Assembly: GCA_003450815.1 (NCBI GenBank)
Contig: DMES01000077.1
Coordinates: 17,681 to 81,680, forward strand
From: Elusimicrobiota bacterium
Lineage (GTDB): Bacteria; Elusimicrobiota; Elusimicrobia; Elusimicrobiales; UBA9959
DNA: 64,000 bases
Direction: 5' to 3'
The translations under genes were made by a program, and so were the position numbers. The notes beneath the pieces were generated by a model. The model was not told the DNA's origin. It saw only the letters and a list, made by a program, of their open reading frames with translations, and did no database searches. Shown one piece after another: positions 8,728 through 17,800 of the stretch; the first letter of the stretch is position 1; every line of letters begins with the position of its first letter.

Positions 8728-8895
8728 TAAGTCACAAGTCTCAAGGCCATTTGTCGGCCATAGGCCTTGGTACGGCACTGCCATAGGCTTGTCACAGGTC
8801 ACAGGTTCAGGTAACAAAACACTGCTTCTATTCTCTAGCAAACCTTTTTGCCTACAGCCTAAAACATAAAACTTACTGCTTGTGACCTGTGACTC
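8728..8895. repeat. GTCACAR heptamer blocks in inverted orientation
   Basis: Forward units at 8728-8745 and 8791-8817; reverse units (CTTGTGA CCTGTGA) at 8872-8895. Confidence 0.75.
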
Positions 8896-9043
8896 GAGGC
8901 TTGCAACCGCTTTGTATAGCCTAGCACATCAACACGACAACCTCTTGTCGCGGTGTTTTTCCAAATTTTGTTCGTCTGGAAAAAATTTTGCCCTGCCGGC
9001 CGCATAAGAAAATACTCGTCCGCATATTTTCTGGGCCTGGGCC

Positions 9044-9072
9044 TTGACAAGTCAACGAACCTCTGCTATACT
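9044..9072 (+). promoter_or_regulatory. near-consensus sigma70-type promoter TTGACA-N17-TATACT (TGc extended -10)
   Basis: TTGACA 9044-9049 and TATACT 9067-9072. The same CTTGACAAGTCAA..TATACT layout recurs at 38421. Confidence 0.7.
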
Positions 9073-9078
9073 CGATAT

Positions 9079-9328
9079 GTAGTAAAGATTTATCCTGGAT
9101 GCGCCGGTTCGGTGTCAGTGTTTCGGAAGTCGAAGTGGTTGGGTTGGGGGGTGCCCCGCCCCCGGCGCGAGTCCCCCGGTCCGCAGTGGTTTCCGGTCTC
9201 CGGCGGTTCCCCGGGTGGGTGGTTCGGGCCTAGTGCGCGTGTTTCTCCGGTCCCGCGAGCCGCCCCTTAGAGCAGTCTGGCGTTAGCCAAGTGATAGCCC
9301 CCCCAATCTTGGGGGGGCTCTCATTTTT
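9079..9328 (+). ncRNA. candidate structured GC-rich small RNA of unknown family
   Basis: Bounded by the strong promoter and an intrinsic terminator. Visibly GC-rich, with many G-run/C-run complementarities. The only ORF here (8953..9270) has no RBS and a Gly/Pro/Arg-rich translation. Confidence 0.5.
9296..9328 (+). terminator. intrinsic terminator
   Basis: AGCCCCCCC-aatctt-GGGGGGGCT (9-bp GC stem), followed a few nt later by TTTTT. Confidence 0.8.
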
Positions 9329-9454
9329 ACGTCTTTTGCTGTTTTTCTGCGCTCTTTCCTGCAAGACAAATTCCACGCCATGGAAATTCGCGGAAATAAC
9401 CATGACAACGGACCCGTATTTTTAATTTAATATAGCCGGAGGCTTTCTTTTACC

Positions 9455-10783
9455 ATGGACAAATTCTTCTTTTTGTTTTCCGGCGCGGCCCTTGGCGCCG
9501 TTGCCGCTTACTTCTTTGCCAGGTACCGGGGCGCGTCCGGAAAAGAAGTTGAGAGCATGAAGGCCCGCCTGGAATCCCTTAACGCCGATAACGCAAAGCT
9601 GCAGGAGCGTTCCTCGCAGCTCGGCAACGAAACAGTGAAACTTAACGGCGAACTTAAAAGCGAACGGGGCCTGTGCCAGCAGCTGAACGCCGACTACGCC
9701 AAAACCCGCCGTGAACTGGAACTGCTTTCCGGAGAGCTGGACAATCAGAAGCGGGAGATGCTCGCGCAGTTTAAAAATATCGCCAGTGAAATACTAGAGG
9801 ATAAGAGCAGAAGCTTCACCGATATAAATAAACAGAAAATCGACGAAATACTTGTTCCGCTAAAGGAGCGGCTGACCAATTTTGAGGGGGAGGTGCGTAA
9901 ACTTAATATTGACGGCGCGAGCCGCGCGGCGGACCTTAAATCCGAACTCTTGAATTTAAAGACCCTGAATCAGCAGATCACCGAAGACGCGGAGAACCTC
10001 ACCAAAGCGCTGAAAGGCGAATCAAAGGTGCAGGGGAACTGGGGAGAAATACTGCTGGATAAGATACTTGAGCGCTCCGGCCTGGTTGAAGGCGAGCATT
10101 ATATGCGTCAGGAAAAGCATACGCGCGAAGAAGAGGGGGAGAAGAAAAGATACTTTCCTGATGTTGTGGTATATCTTCCAGAGGGCCGGCAAGTGGTTGT
10201 TGACTCCAAAGTGTCGCTCACGGCCTATGTGGAATATTCCTCGGCTAAGGACGAAGAGACCGCGGCCAAAGCTCTTAAGGCCCATTTTTTATCCATTAAG
10301 AGCCATATAGATGAACTGTCAGACAAAGATTACGGCTCTATGCCCGGTTTGAAGTCTCCGGACCAGGTGCTTATGTATGTTCCGGTGGAGCCAGCGTTCT
10401 ATCTGGCCATGAAGAGCGATGCGGAGCTTTGGGAGTACGCTCTTGAAAAAAAGGTCATTCTGGTAACCAATTCAACACTTCTCGCCACGCTGCGCCTGAT
10501 AGAAAGCATCTGGCGGCAGGACAAGCAGGGGCGGAATGCCGTTGAGATCGCCAAAAAAGCCGGAGAGCTTTACGATAAGATAGTGTCTTTCGTTGAAGTG
10601 ATGAACGAGATAGGTTCCCGCCTGGGCCAGCTAAACCGGTCTTATGACGACGCCATGAAAAAAATGAAGGACGGCCGCGACAACATGCTGGTTAAAGCCG
10701 AAAAAATACGGGAGCTGGGCGCCAAAGCCTCAAAAGAGCTGCCGCGCGAAATTAAAGACCTTATAGAAAAAGACCCCGCTTGA
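9455..10783 (+). CDS. rmuC: DNA recombination protein RmuC
   Basis: N-terminal TM segment, a long coiled-coil region and the conserved RmuC core GNWGEILLDKILERSGL. Confidence 0.85.
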   Translation: MDKFFFLFSGAALGAVAAYFFARYRGASGKEVESMKARLESLNADNAKLQERSSQLGNETVKLNGELKSERGLCQQLNADYAKTRRELELLSGELDNQKREMLAQFKNIASEILEDKSRSFTDINKQKIDEILVPLKERLTNFEGEVRKLNIDGASRAADLKSELLNLKTLNQQITEDAENLTKALKGESKVQGNWGEILLDKILERSGLVEGEHYMRQEKHTREEEGEKKRYFPDVVVYLPEGRQVVVDSKVSLTAYVEYSSAKDEETAAKALKAHFLSIKSHIDELSDKDYGSMPGLKSPDQVLMYVPVEPAFYLAMKSDAELWEYALEKKVILVTNSTLLATLRLIESIWRQDKQGRNAVEIAKKAGELYDKIVSFVEVMNEIGSRLGQLNRSYDDAMKKMKDGRDNMLVKAEKIRELGAKASKELPREIKDLIEKDPA

Positions 10784-10873
10784 AGAAAAAGCTCAGGATT
10801 CTCATACAGCCCGAGATAAACAGTCTGGTGTTCCAGGTGGTTAAATCCGATATGCCGCGAAGCCGGCAGAAAT

Positions 10874-10882
10874 TGGTAGAAT
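10874..10882 (+). promoter_or_regulatory. extended -10 element TGGTAGAAT
   Basis: About 80 nt upstream of the small Cys/Thr-rich ORF. Confidence 0.4.
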
Positions 10883-10963
10883 ATGCGAACTGTGAAAGCG
10901 GCTTCGCGCCGCTGATACTATCGCGTCAGGCACACATAGAACTGACCGGGGGAGACTAAAAGA

Positions 10964-11164
10964 ATGACAACCTACTACTGCACGAAGAATACGAACTGTC
11001 CCACAAAGACAGTAAATACTACGCCTGTGAATGTACCTACCTGCTGCAACACGCCGATGACAACAACAAAGAACACTACGACCTGCTGCAACGGCACAAA
11101 CACAACTGTTACTCCAAATACGAAGACGAACACCACCCCGAAAAAGAATTGCTGCTGCTCTTAA
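10964..11164 (+). CDS. small Thr/Asn/Cys-rich protein (66 aa)
   Basis: GGGGGAG RBS-like stretch upstream and its own terminator downstream. Nine Cys, mostly as CC/CCC clusters, and a very high Thr and Asn content. Confidence 0.55.
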   Translation: MTTYYCTKNTNCPTKTVNTTPVNVPTCCNTPMTTTKNTTTCCNGTNTTVTPNTKTNTTPKKNCCCS

Positions 11165-11195
11165 TTACGCGGCATTATCTTTTAAAAAGATAAAG

Positions 11196-11229
11196 CAGCC
11201 CTGCCGTCAAAAAGCGGGGCTGTTTTTTT
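11196..11229 (+). terminator. intrinsic terminator
   Basis: CAGCCCTGC..GCGGGGCTG stem (1 mismatch) followed by TTTTTTT. Confidence 0.75.
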
Positions 11230-11266
11230 AGCTTAATTGCAATTTTCGGGTTTATTTATCTATATT

Positions 11267-14200
11267 ATGGATATGCCAGCCTCCGGCAATAATAAAACCG
11301 CCGCCCCGGCGCTTAAAAGCGACACGGAACTTGAATTTCCGCACGCTCTTTTAATAAGCGCCTCGGCCGGCTCGGGCAAAACATACACTCTCGCTCAGCG
11401 TTATGTCCAGTTTCTGCTTTCCGAAAATATCCCCGGCCACAACCTTGAAAATATTCTTGCTGTTACATTCACGAATAACGCCGCCAAAGAAATGAAAACC
11501 CGCATTTTGGAGTGGCTGAAAGAACTAGCACTAAACCCCGATTCCCCTAAAATGAACGAGACACTGCAGCTGGTGAACATAAGCCGCCCAGAGGCCCAAA
11601 AGAAAGCAACCGCGCTGGTAGAGAGCATAATAGACAATTATTCAGACTTTCATGTACAGACCATAGACAGTTTCATGACGCGCGTGATGACCGCCTCTGT
11701 GAACGAATTGGACCTTCCGCTGAACCCGGAAATCACCATGGCCTACAACGACCTTATTGAACTGGCCCTGTATTCCATGTTCTCGCACCTGGGGCATGAC
11801 GCTAACCTTAAAATCAATATAGATACTTTCCTTAATATTCTGCCGGAAAAAGGCGCGTATCCCTGGAATCCGGTCCTGCGCATAAGGGACCATTTTGCGG
11901 CTTTTCTTAACGAGGAAGGAAAAACCAAGGGCGGGATACTTTCCGATAACTCTGGCGCTCCCGGCAAGGCGCGAGAGAAACTCTGGGTGGATATCCTTAA
12001 ATCCTGCGGTGAGCTTAAGAAGCAAATCAAGCCCGAGCTTATGAAAGGCAGCCTGGCCGCCGCTATTGAAAATAAAGATATCAACGCCTTTATTTCAAAT
12101 TACAACTTTGAAAACTGGCTCCTAAACGGCCAGAAAAAGAGCCGCAAAACCGGCGAATTTCCCATCACACCGGAAACAAAAAAAGACTTGGAATATTTAA
12201 GCGAACTGGTGCGGCAATTGCTTATGGCGGACGCGTTAAGCTGGTTTCACCCGTATACTTTCATTTATTCCCGCTTCAAGGCCGAACTTGAGCGCGTAAA
12301 ACGCGGCAAAACAGACATCATCCACATAAACGATGTGAATAAAAAGCTTTCCACATACATAAACGCCAATGTCGCGCCTGACATTTACCTTAAACTGGGA
12401 GAACGGATAAACCATTACCTTATAGATGAGTTCCAGGACACCAATAAACTTCAGTGGGACAATTTCAAACCGCTCATAGAAGAATCCCTTGCCGGCGCTG
12501 GCTCGCTTTTTATGGTGGGCGATATCAAGCAGGCTATTTTCATGTTCCGCAACGCCGACTATAAGATAATGCGGGATCTGCTTACCTATGCCGAGGGCAA
12601 AAAGGATCATTGTGATAATTTAGAGCTTGCTTCGGTGGGCGGCAGGCTTGAACTTGTGAATCTGCCCGTTAACTACCGCAGCGGCGGAAAAATACTGGAG
12701 TATGTGAACGCCGTCTTCAAACATGACCTTAAAAACCGCAAAGAACTTATAGGAGAGGATATAACCGAACTTACCTCCTACGAGCAGGCCCCGCGAAAAG
12801 AGCGCGCAGCCGCCGGTTTTGTCCGGACTATTTCCCTTGAAGCCGATAATATAACCGAAGACCAGGTGGAGCGCGCTGAACTGCTGAAGATAATAGAAAG
12901 CGCCCGAAAACGCTATCCTTTAAATGAAATAGCCATTCTGGCCGCCAAAAACAAGCGCATAAAGCCTGTGGTGGAATGGCTTACCGCAGCAAATATTCCC
13001 GTGGCCTCGCTCAGCTCTCTGGACATACGGGAACGCCGGGTAACTGCAGAGCTGCTGGCGCTGTTAAAATTCCTGGAAACCCCGGCTGACGATTCCGCCT
13101 TTGTCGCTTTTATAACCGGCGAGATCTTCGGCAAGGCCGCAGGCGTTGCGCGCACGGAACTGCTGGAATTCATCTTTCAGGCACATACAGGTCACAAGTC
13201 ACAAGTCACAAGTCACAAGTTGCAGGGAATCTCTACCTCCTGCCAAAACATTTTATATACACAGTTCAAGGATCACCCTAAATATTCCGGATATTGGGAT
13301 CAATATTTTGACGAGCTTTTCCGCAAAACGGGATACTTGCCGCTATACGAGCTGTGCGCGCTTATTTATTCAAAGTTCGGGCTGTTTAAAAACTTTCCGG
13401 ATGAAGCCGCTTTTTTGTCTAAGTTCCTTAACATAGTTTCCAAAGCCCAGACGGACGGGATAACCGGCGTGCGAGATTTCCTGGACTTCGCCGAAGGGGA
13501 CGACGAAACCCGCGGAGCTGCTTTCTCCATAATCCTGCCGGATTATCTTGACGCGGCGCGTATTATGACTTTCCACAAAGCCAAGGGTCTCGGGTTCTCG
13601 GTGGTGATAAACCTAATCTATGAAGACCGGGACGCGGATGACTCCATGTACTTTGATGAAACTCCTGAAGGGATAAAGGTATATAAAATAACAAAGAGCG
13701 CTGCCGCCCAGCTTCCGGTGTTGGGCCGGATCTACAACAATAAAAAAACCGATGAGAGCGTGCAGAACCTCAACCTGTTGTATGTTATTGAAACCCGCGC
13801 CAAAGAAGAGCTTTACAACCTGGTAATCCGCAAAAAACGCAAGGAACCGTCCAAAACCGTCAAGTCCACCGACCTTTTTGACAATTACCAGTCCTCTGAA
13901 AAGGTGGCAACCACCTTTTCAGAGTCAACTACCACCGTCAAAAAGGTAGCTGATACCTTTTTGAAGCCGCTGGAGCCGGAACCGGTTTATAGCGCCAATT
14001 ATGATATCGCTACCGCTATTCCTACGCTTAACGCTTATGCCGGAGCAAAAGAAGGCGAGCTTTGCCACGATATTTTGGCCCGGATAGTGACAAGTCACAA
14101 GTCGGACACTTCTTCTGACTCTACACTCTCAACTTTACACTCTACACTATCATCACTCTATGCAGCTTGCGCCGCTTCGTATCCAATCAGATTTAATGAG

Positions 14201-14518
14201 GCTAAAATAATTAAAACCCTGTTCGCTTTCCTGACCATGCCGGAAGTTAAGCCCTGGTTTGAGCCCAAAGAAGGCCGCGTTATTAAAACAGAGGCTGAAT
14301 TTGCGGATAAAACTGGCAATATCTCCCGCGTGGACCGGCTTATAATAGACAAAGACACCGTCACAATAATAGATTTCAAAACCGGCGCGGAAGCCACGGA
14401 AAAATACGCCAAGCAGCTAAAACGCTATCTGGCGCTCGCCGCAGAAATATATAAACTGCCCGCAAAAGGCGTTATAGCGTATGTGGATTTGAGGAAGATT
14501 ATAGATATTCGCGCTTGA
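11267..14518 (+). CDS. UvrD/Rep-type helicase with C-terminal PD-(D/E)xK nuclease (AddA-like)
   Basis: Motif I SASAGSGKTYTL, motif II YLIDEFQDTN, and C-terminal nuclease RVDRLIID..IIDFKTG. The ORF track starts at TTG 11237; ATG 11267 is preferred. Confidence 0.85.
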   Translation: MDMPASGNNKTAAPALKSDTELEFPHALLISASAGSGKTYTLAQRYVQFLLSENIPGHNLENILAVTFTNNAAKEMKTRILEWLKELALNPDSPKMNETLQLVNISRPEAQKKATALVESIIDNYSDFHVQTIDSFMTRVMTASVNELDLPLNPEITMAYNDLIELALYSMFSHLGHDANLKINIDTFLNILPEKGAYPWNPVLRIRDHFAAFLNEEGKTKGGILSDNSGAPGKAREKLWVDILKSCGELKKQIKPELMKGSLAAAIENKDINAFISNYNFENWLLNGQKKSRKTGEFPITPETKKDLEYLSELVRQLLMADALSWFHPYTFIYSRFKAELERVKRGKTDIIHINDVNKKLSTYINANVAPDIYLKLGERINHYLIDEFQDTNKLQWDNFKPLIEESLAGAGSLFMVGDIKQAIFMFRNADYKIMRDLLTYAEGKKDHCDNLELASVGGRLELVNLPVNYRSGGKILEYVNAVFKHDLKNRKELIGEDITELTSYEQAPRKERAAAGFVRTISLEADNITEDQVERAELLKIIESARKRYPLNEIAILAAKNKRIKPVVEWLTAANIPVASLSSLDIRERRVTAELLALLKFLETPADDSAFVAFITGEIFGKAAGVARTELLEFIFQAHTGHKSQVTSHKLQGISTSCQNILYTQFKDHPKYSGYWDQYFDELFRKTGYLPLYELCALIYSKFGLFKNFPDEAAFLSKFLNIVSKAQTDGITGVRDFLDFAEGDDETRGAAFSIILPDYLDAARIMTFHKAKGLGFSVVINLIYEDRDADDSMYFDETPEGIKVYKITKSAAAQLPVLGRIYNNKKTDESVQNLNLLYVIETRAKEELYNLVIRKKRKEPSKTVKSTDLFDNYQSSEKVATTFSESTTTVKKVADTFLKPLEPEPVYSANYDIATAIPTLNAYAGAKEGELCHDILARIVTSHKSDTSSDSTLSTLHSTLSSLYAACAASYPIRFNEAKIIKTLFAFLTMPEVKPWFEPKEGRVIKTEAEFADKTGNISRVDRLIIDKDTVTIIDFKTGAEATEKYAKQLKRYLALAAEIYKLPAKGVIAYVDLRKIIDIRA
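13184..13225. repeat. 6 tandem heptamers (4 perfect GTCACAA) in frame inside the addA-like CDS
   Basis: 42 nt = 14 codons, encoding HTGHKSQVTSHKLQ. Confidence 0.85.
14088..14157. repeat. 7-nt-period block (GTGACAA GTCACAA ... TACACTC TCAACTT TACACTC TACACTA) inside the addA-like CDS
   Basis: Read directly. Encodes the low-complexity VTSHKSDTSSDSTLSTLHSTLSSL. Confidence 0.75.
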
Positions 14519-14571
14519 GCGGCTATCAGCAGGGAAAGAAAAAGTGACAAGTTTCGGCTGAATCTAATGAG

Positions 14572-14604
14572 CGACAATACGCTGTCGTGATCATCTGCTA
14601 TACT
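14572..14604 (+). promoter_or_regulatory. palindrome CGACAATACGCTGTCG + N11 + TATACT (operator/promoter, copy 1)
   Basis: The same layout occurs at 19637 and 20657. Confidence 0.65.
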
Positions 14605-14628
14605 TTTTATATAAAAAAAGCAAATATT

Positions 14629-14725
14629 CGGTAAACTCGTGTATCTTCACTGATAATCATCTTCCGGTGTGTAGTGGCAGAGTTTACTCTGCCCGCAGAA
14701 GAGGCAAAGCAAGCTTTGCTACTAC
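14629..14725 (+). repeat. structured repeat family, copy 1 (5' module CGTGTATCTTCACTGATAA + hairpin core GTAGTGGCA...GGCAAAGCAAGCTTTGCTACTAC)
   Basis: Aligns by eye with 60221-60346 (reverse) and with the core at 37303-37434. Confidence 0.75.
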
Positions 14726-14824
14726 AAAAGCAACTGACGAAATCACCAAATATTTACTAAAAAAATAAAACATAAAATTGCCTTCTACTGAGCTTTTCAG
14801 GCTAAAGGGTGAACTTAGGCAAAG

Positions 14825-14833
14825 TGTTATAAT
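14825..14833 (+). promoter_or_regulatory. extended -10 element TGTTATAAT
   Basis: 29 nt upstream of the helicase ATG 14862. Confidence 0.45.
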
Positions 14834-14861
14834 TTAAAAGGGATTTCTATTTGGAATAATC

Positions 14862-17800
14862 ATGCCAAAGCATTCGGGGTCTGCAAAGTTTACAGCAACA
14901 GGGGTTTTCAACGGCCTGAAAAGTTTTAGCGAACTTGAGGCCAGGATTTCCGCTCTGCCCTCCGAAAAAGAGCGTGGGGACGCTTTTGAGGTTTTTGCGG
15001 AGGCTTACCTAGCCACACAGCCTATATGCCAGGCGAAGGAAGTTTGGCCCCAGACCAGTGCCCCAAGCGGGCTGTTAAAACGCCTTGGCCTGCCGGTTTC
15101 CCGCGACATGGGGACGGACGGGCTTGTTGTACTAAAAGACGGTCGCATTGCTTCATACCAGGCTAAATTCTATACCAGCCGCCCAAGCCTTACCTGGGGT
15201 TTGCTGTCAACCTTTTTTGCCATCTCCGACCGGGTTTCACACACCATAATTTTCACAAATTCCGACAGCCTTGCTTCTACTATAGAGCAGAGGCAGAACT
15301 TTATCGCTATTCGCGGGATTGATTTAGACCGGCTTGCCCCCACTGACTTTTCGGTGATTGAAGAATGGATGAAAGGTGAGCCGGTAGCCAGGGTAATCCC
15401 AAAGCCGCGCCCGCACCAGGAGAAGGCTTTAAATGAACTGCTGCCAGCTTTGAAATCCTCTGACCGGGCCACTGTAATAATGGCCTGCGGCACCGGCAAA
15501 ACTCTTTTATCCCTCTGGGCTGCTGAGCGGCTGAAAGCTAAAAACGTTCTGGTGTTAGTGCCATCGCTCGCACTTATACAGCAGACCCTACACGGCTGGC
15601 TGGCCGCTACGGGCTGGGACAACCTTGCTTACCTCTGCGTCTGCTCGGACCTAACAATAACGGATGGTGTGGACGAACTGGTCGTTAAAAAGTCCGACCT
15701 TGATTTTGAGGTTACAACCGCCCCTGCCGAGGTTAAACGCTTTCTTGACAGTGTATTTGATGGGGTTAAAGTGGTTTTCTCAACCTATATGTCTGCCAGC
15801 GTGGTCGGTAAGGCACTTGAGGGCCGAAACATCTTTGACTTGGGCATATTCGACGAGGCACATAAAACCGCTGGCCGCGAGGGCAAAACCTATGCGTTCG
15901 CCCTCTCTGATAAAAATCTCCCGCTAAAAAAACGCGTATTCATGACCGCCACCCCCAGGCATTACAATGTTTTAAAGCGGGACAAAGAAGGTGACGCGAA
16001 ACTGGTCTATTCCATGGACGTGCCGGAATCTTATGGTACCGTAGTCCATAAACTCCCCTTTGCTGAGGCGGCCCGCGCCGGAATTATCTGTCGTTACAAG
16101 GTAATAATTTCCGTAGTAACCTCCGAGATGGTCGGGCAGGAACTTTTAAGGCGGGGCAAAGTCCTTGTAGCGGGTGACGAAATTCACGCCCAGCAGGTGG
16201 CAAACCAGCTGGCACTCGCCGCCGCCGTGGAGAAGCACGGAGTCGGCAAAATAATCACCTTCCATAAAAACATCAAATCCGCGCAGTCCTTTACCGACGC
16301 CGGTCCGGAAGGCATAGCCAATCATCTAAAAGATTTCTCCGTCTTCCACGTAAACGGCTCAATGCCCTCCGCCGAACGCGAAAAGCTGATGGGAGAATTT
16401 AAAACCTCCAAGCACGGCCTTGTCTCCAACGCCAAATGTCTGACCGAAGGCGTAGACGTTCCGGCAGTGGATATGGTCGCCTTCCTAAGCCCCAAACGCA
16501 GCACGGTGGACATCGTACAGGCAACCGGCCGCGCCATGCGTAAAGCCCCCAAAAAAGAATTCGGTTACATCTTGGTTCCGCTCTATCTGGAAATTAAAAA
16601 TAATGAAGCCATAGAAGAAGCCGTCCGCCGAGGCAACTTTGAAGAAGTCTGGGACGTCCTAGCCGCCCTACAGGAACAGGACGAAGTCCTAGCCGACATA
16701 ATCCGCCAAATGCGTCAGGAAAAAGGCCGCACCAAAGGCTACAACGACGTCCCCTTCCGTGAACAAATAGAAATCCTCGGCCCACAAATTTTACTAGAAG
16801 ACTTAAAAAAATCAATCATAATCTCCTGTGTTGACAGGCTTGCCGCTAATTGGGACGAGCGCTTCGGAGAATTGGTCGCATATAAAGCCAAATATAGCGA
16901 TTGTAATGTGCCAAGGGGATGGCCTAAAAATCCGAGTTTGGCTAGATGGGTTGCAATGCAGCGAAGTCTTAAGATTAAAGGACGACTATTAAAGGAGCGA
17001 GTAAATCAGCTAACTGCGATTGGGTTTGACTGGGATCCGCAAGCGTCAGCTTGGGAAGATAGCTTTCGCGCCCTTGAGCAGTATAAGGCTAAACATGGTG
17101 ATTGCGATGTGCCAAATAGATGGATTGAAAATCCGAGTTTGGCTAGATGGGTTGGAATGCAGCGAAGTCTTAAGATTAAAGGACGACTATTAAAGGAGCG
17201 AGTAAATCAGCTAACTGCGATTGGGTTTAACTGGGATCCGCAAGCGTCAGCTTGGGAAGAAGGCTTTTGTGCCCTTGAGCAGTATAAAGCTAAACATGGT
17301 GATTGTAATGTTTCACATGCGTGGCCCCAAAATTTAGGTTTAGCCACGTGGGTTTCAACGCAGCGAACAGCCAAGATTAAGGAGCAATTATCCAAAGATA
17401 GAGAAAATCGTCTGACAAAGATTGGTTTTGAATGGAACAGGTTGGTGTCAGCCTGGGAAGAAAATTTTCATGCCCTCGAAGACTATCAAGGTACGTATGG
17501 CGATTGTAATGTACCAAAGATGTGGCCTGAGAATCCGAATTTGGCCACCTGGGTTGTAATGCAACGAAGTCTTAAAATTAAAGGGCAACTATCAAAGGAG
17601 CGAGTAAATCGGTTAACTGCGATTAAGTTTGATTGGGATCCGCTAGGGTCAGTTTGGGAAGAAAGTTTCCGCGTCCTTGAGCAGTATCAGGCTAAACATG
17701 GTGATTGCAATGTGTCACAGGAATGGCCTGAAAATCCAAGTTTGGGTAGGTGGGTTTCAAGACAACGAGAAGCCAAGATTAATGGGCAGCTATCAAAGGA

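Noticed and set aside
8953-9270. 105-aa ORF overlapping the GC-rich region upstream of rmuC
   Set aside because: It starts upstream of the strong promoter, has no RBS and gives a Gly/Pro/Arg/Ser-rich translation. The region is better explained as a structured RNA.
9079-9328. Assigning the RNA candidate to SRP RNA, 6S, RNase P or tmRNA
   Set aside because: The hallmark conserved strings of these families, as I remember them, are absent. GTCAGTGTTTCGGAAGTCGAAG only loosely resembles the SRP domain IV GGAA loop. The family is left unknown.
14572-14587. Naming the GACA-N6-TGTC palindrome a LexA/SOS box
   Set aside because: It does not match any LexA consensus I can recall, and no lexA gene is in the window. 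It is kept as an unnamed operator.
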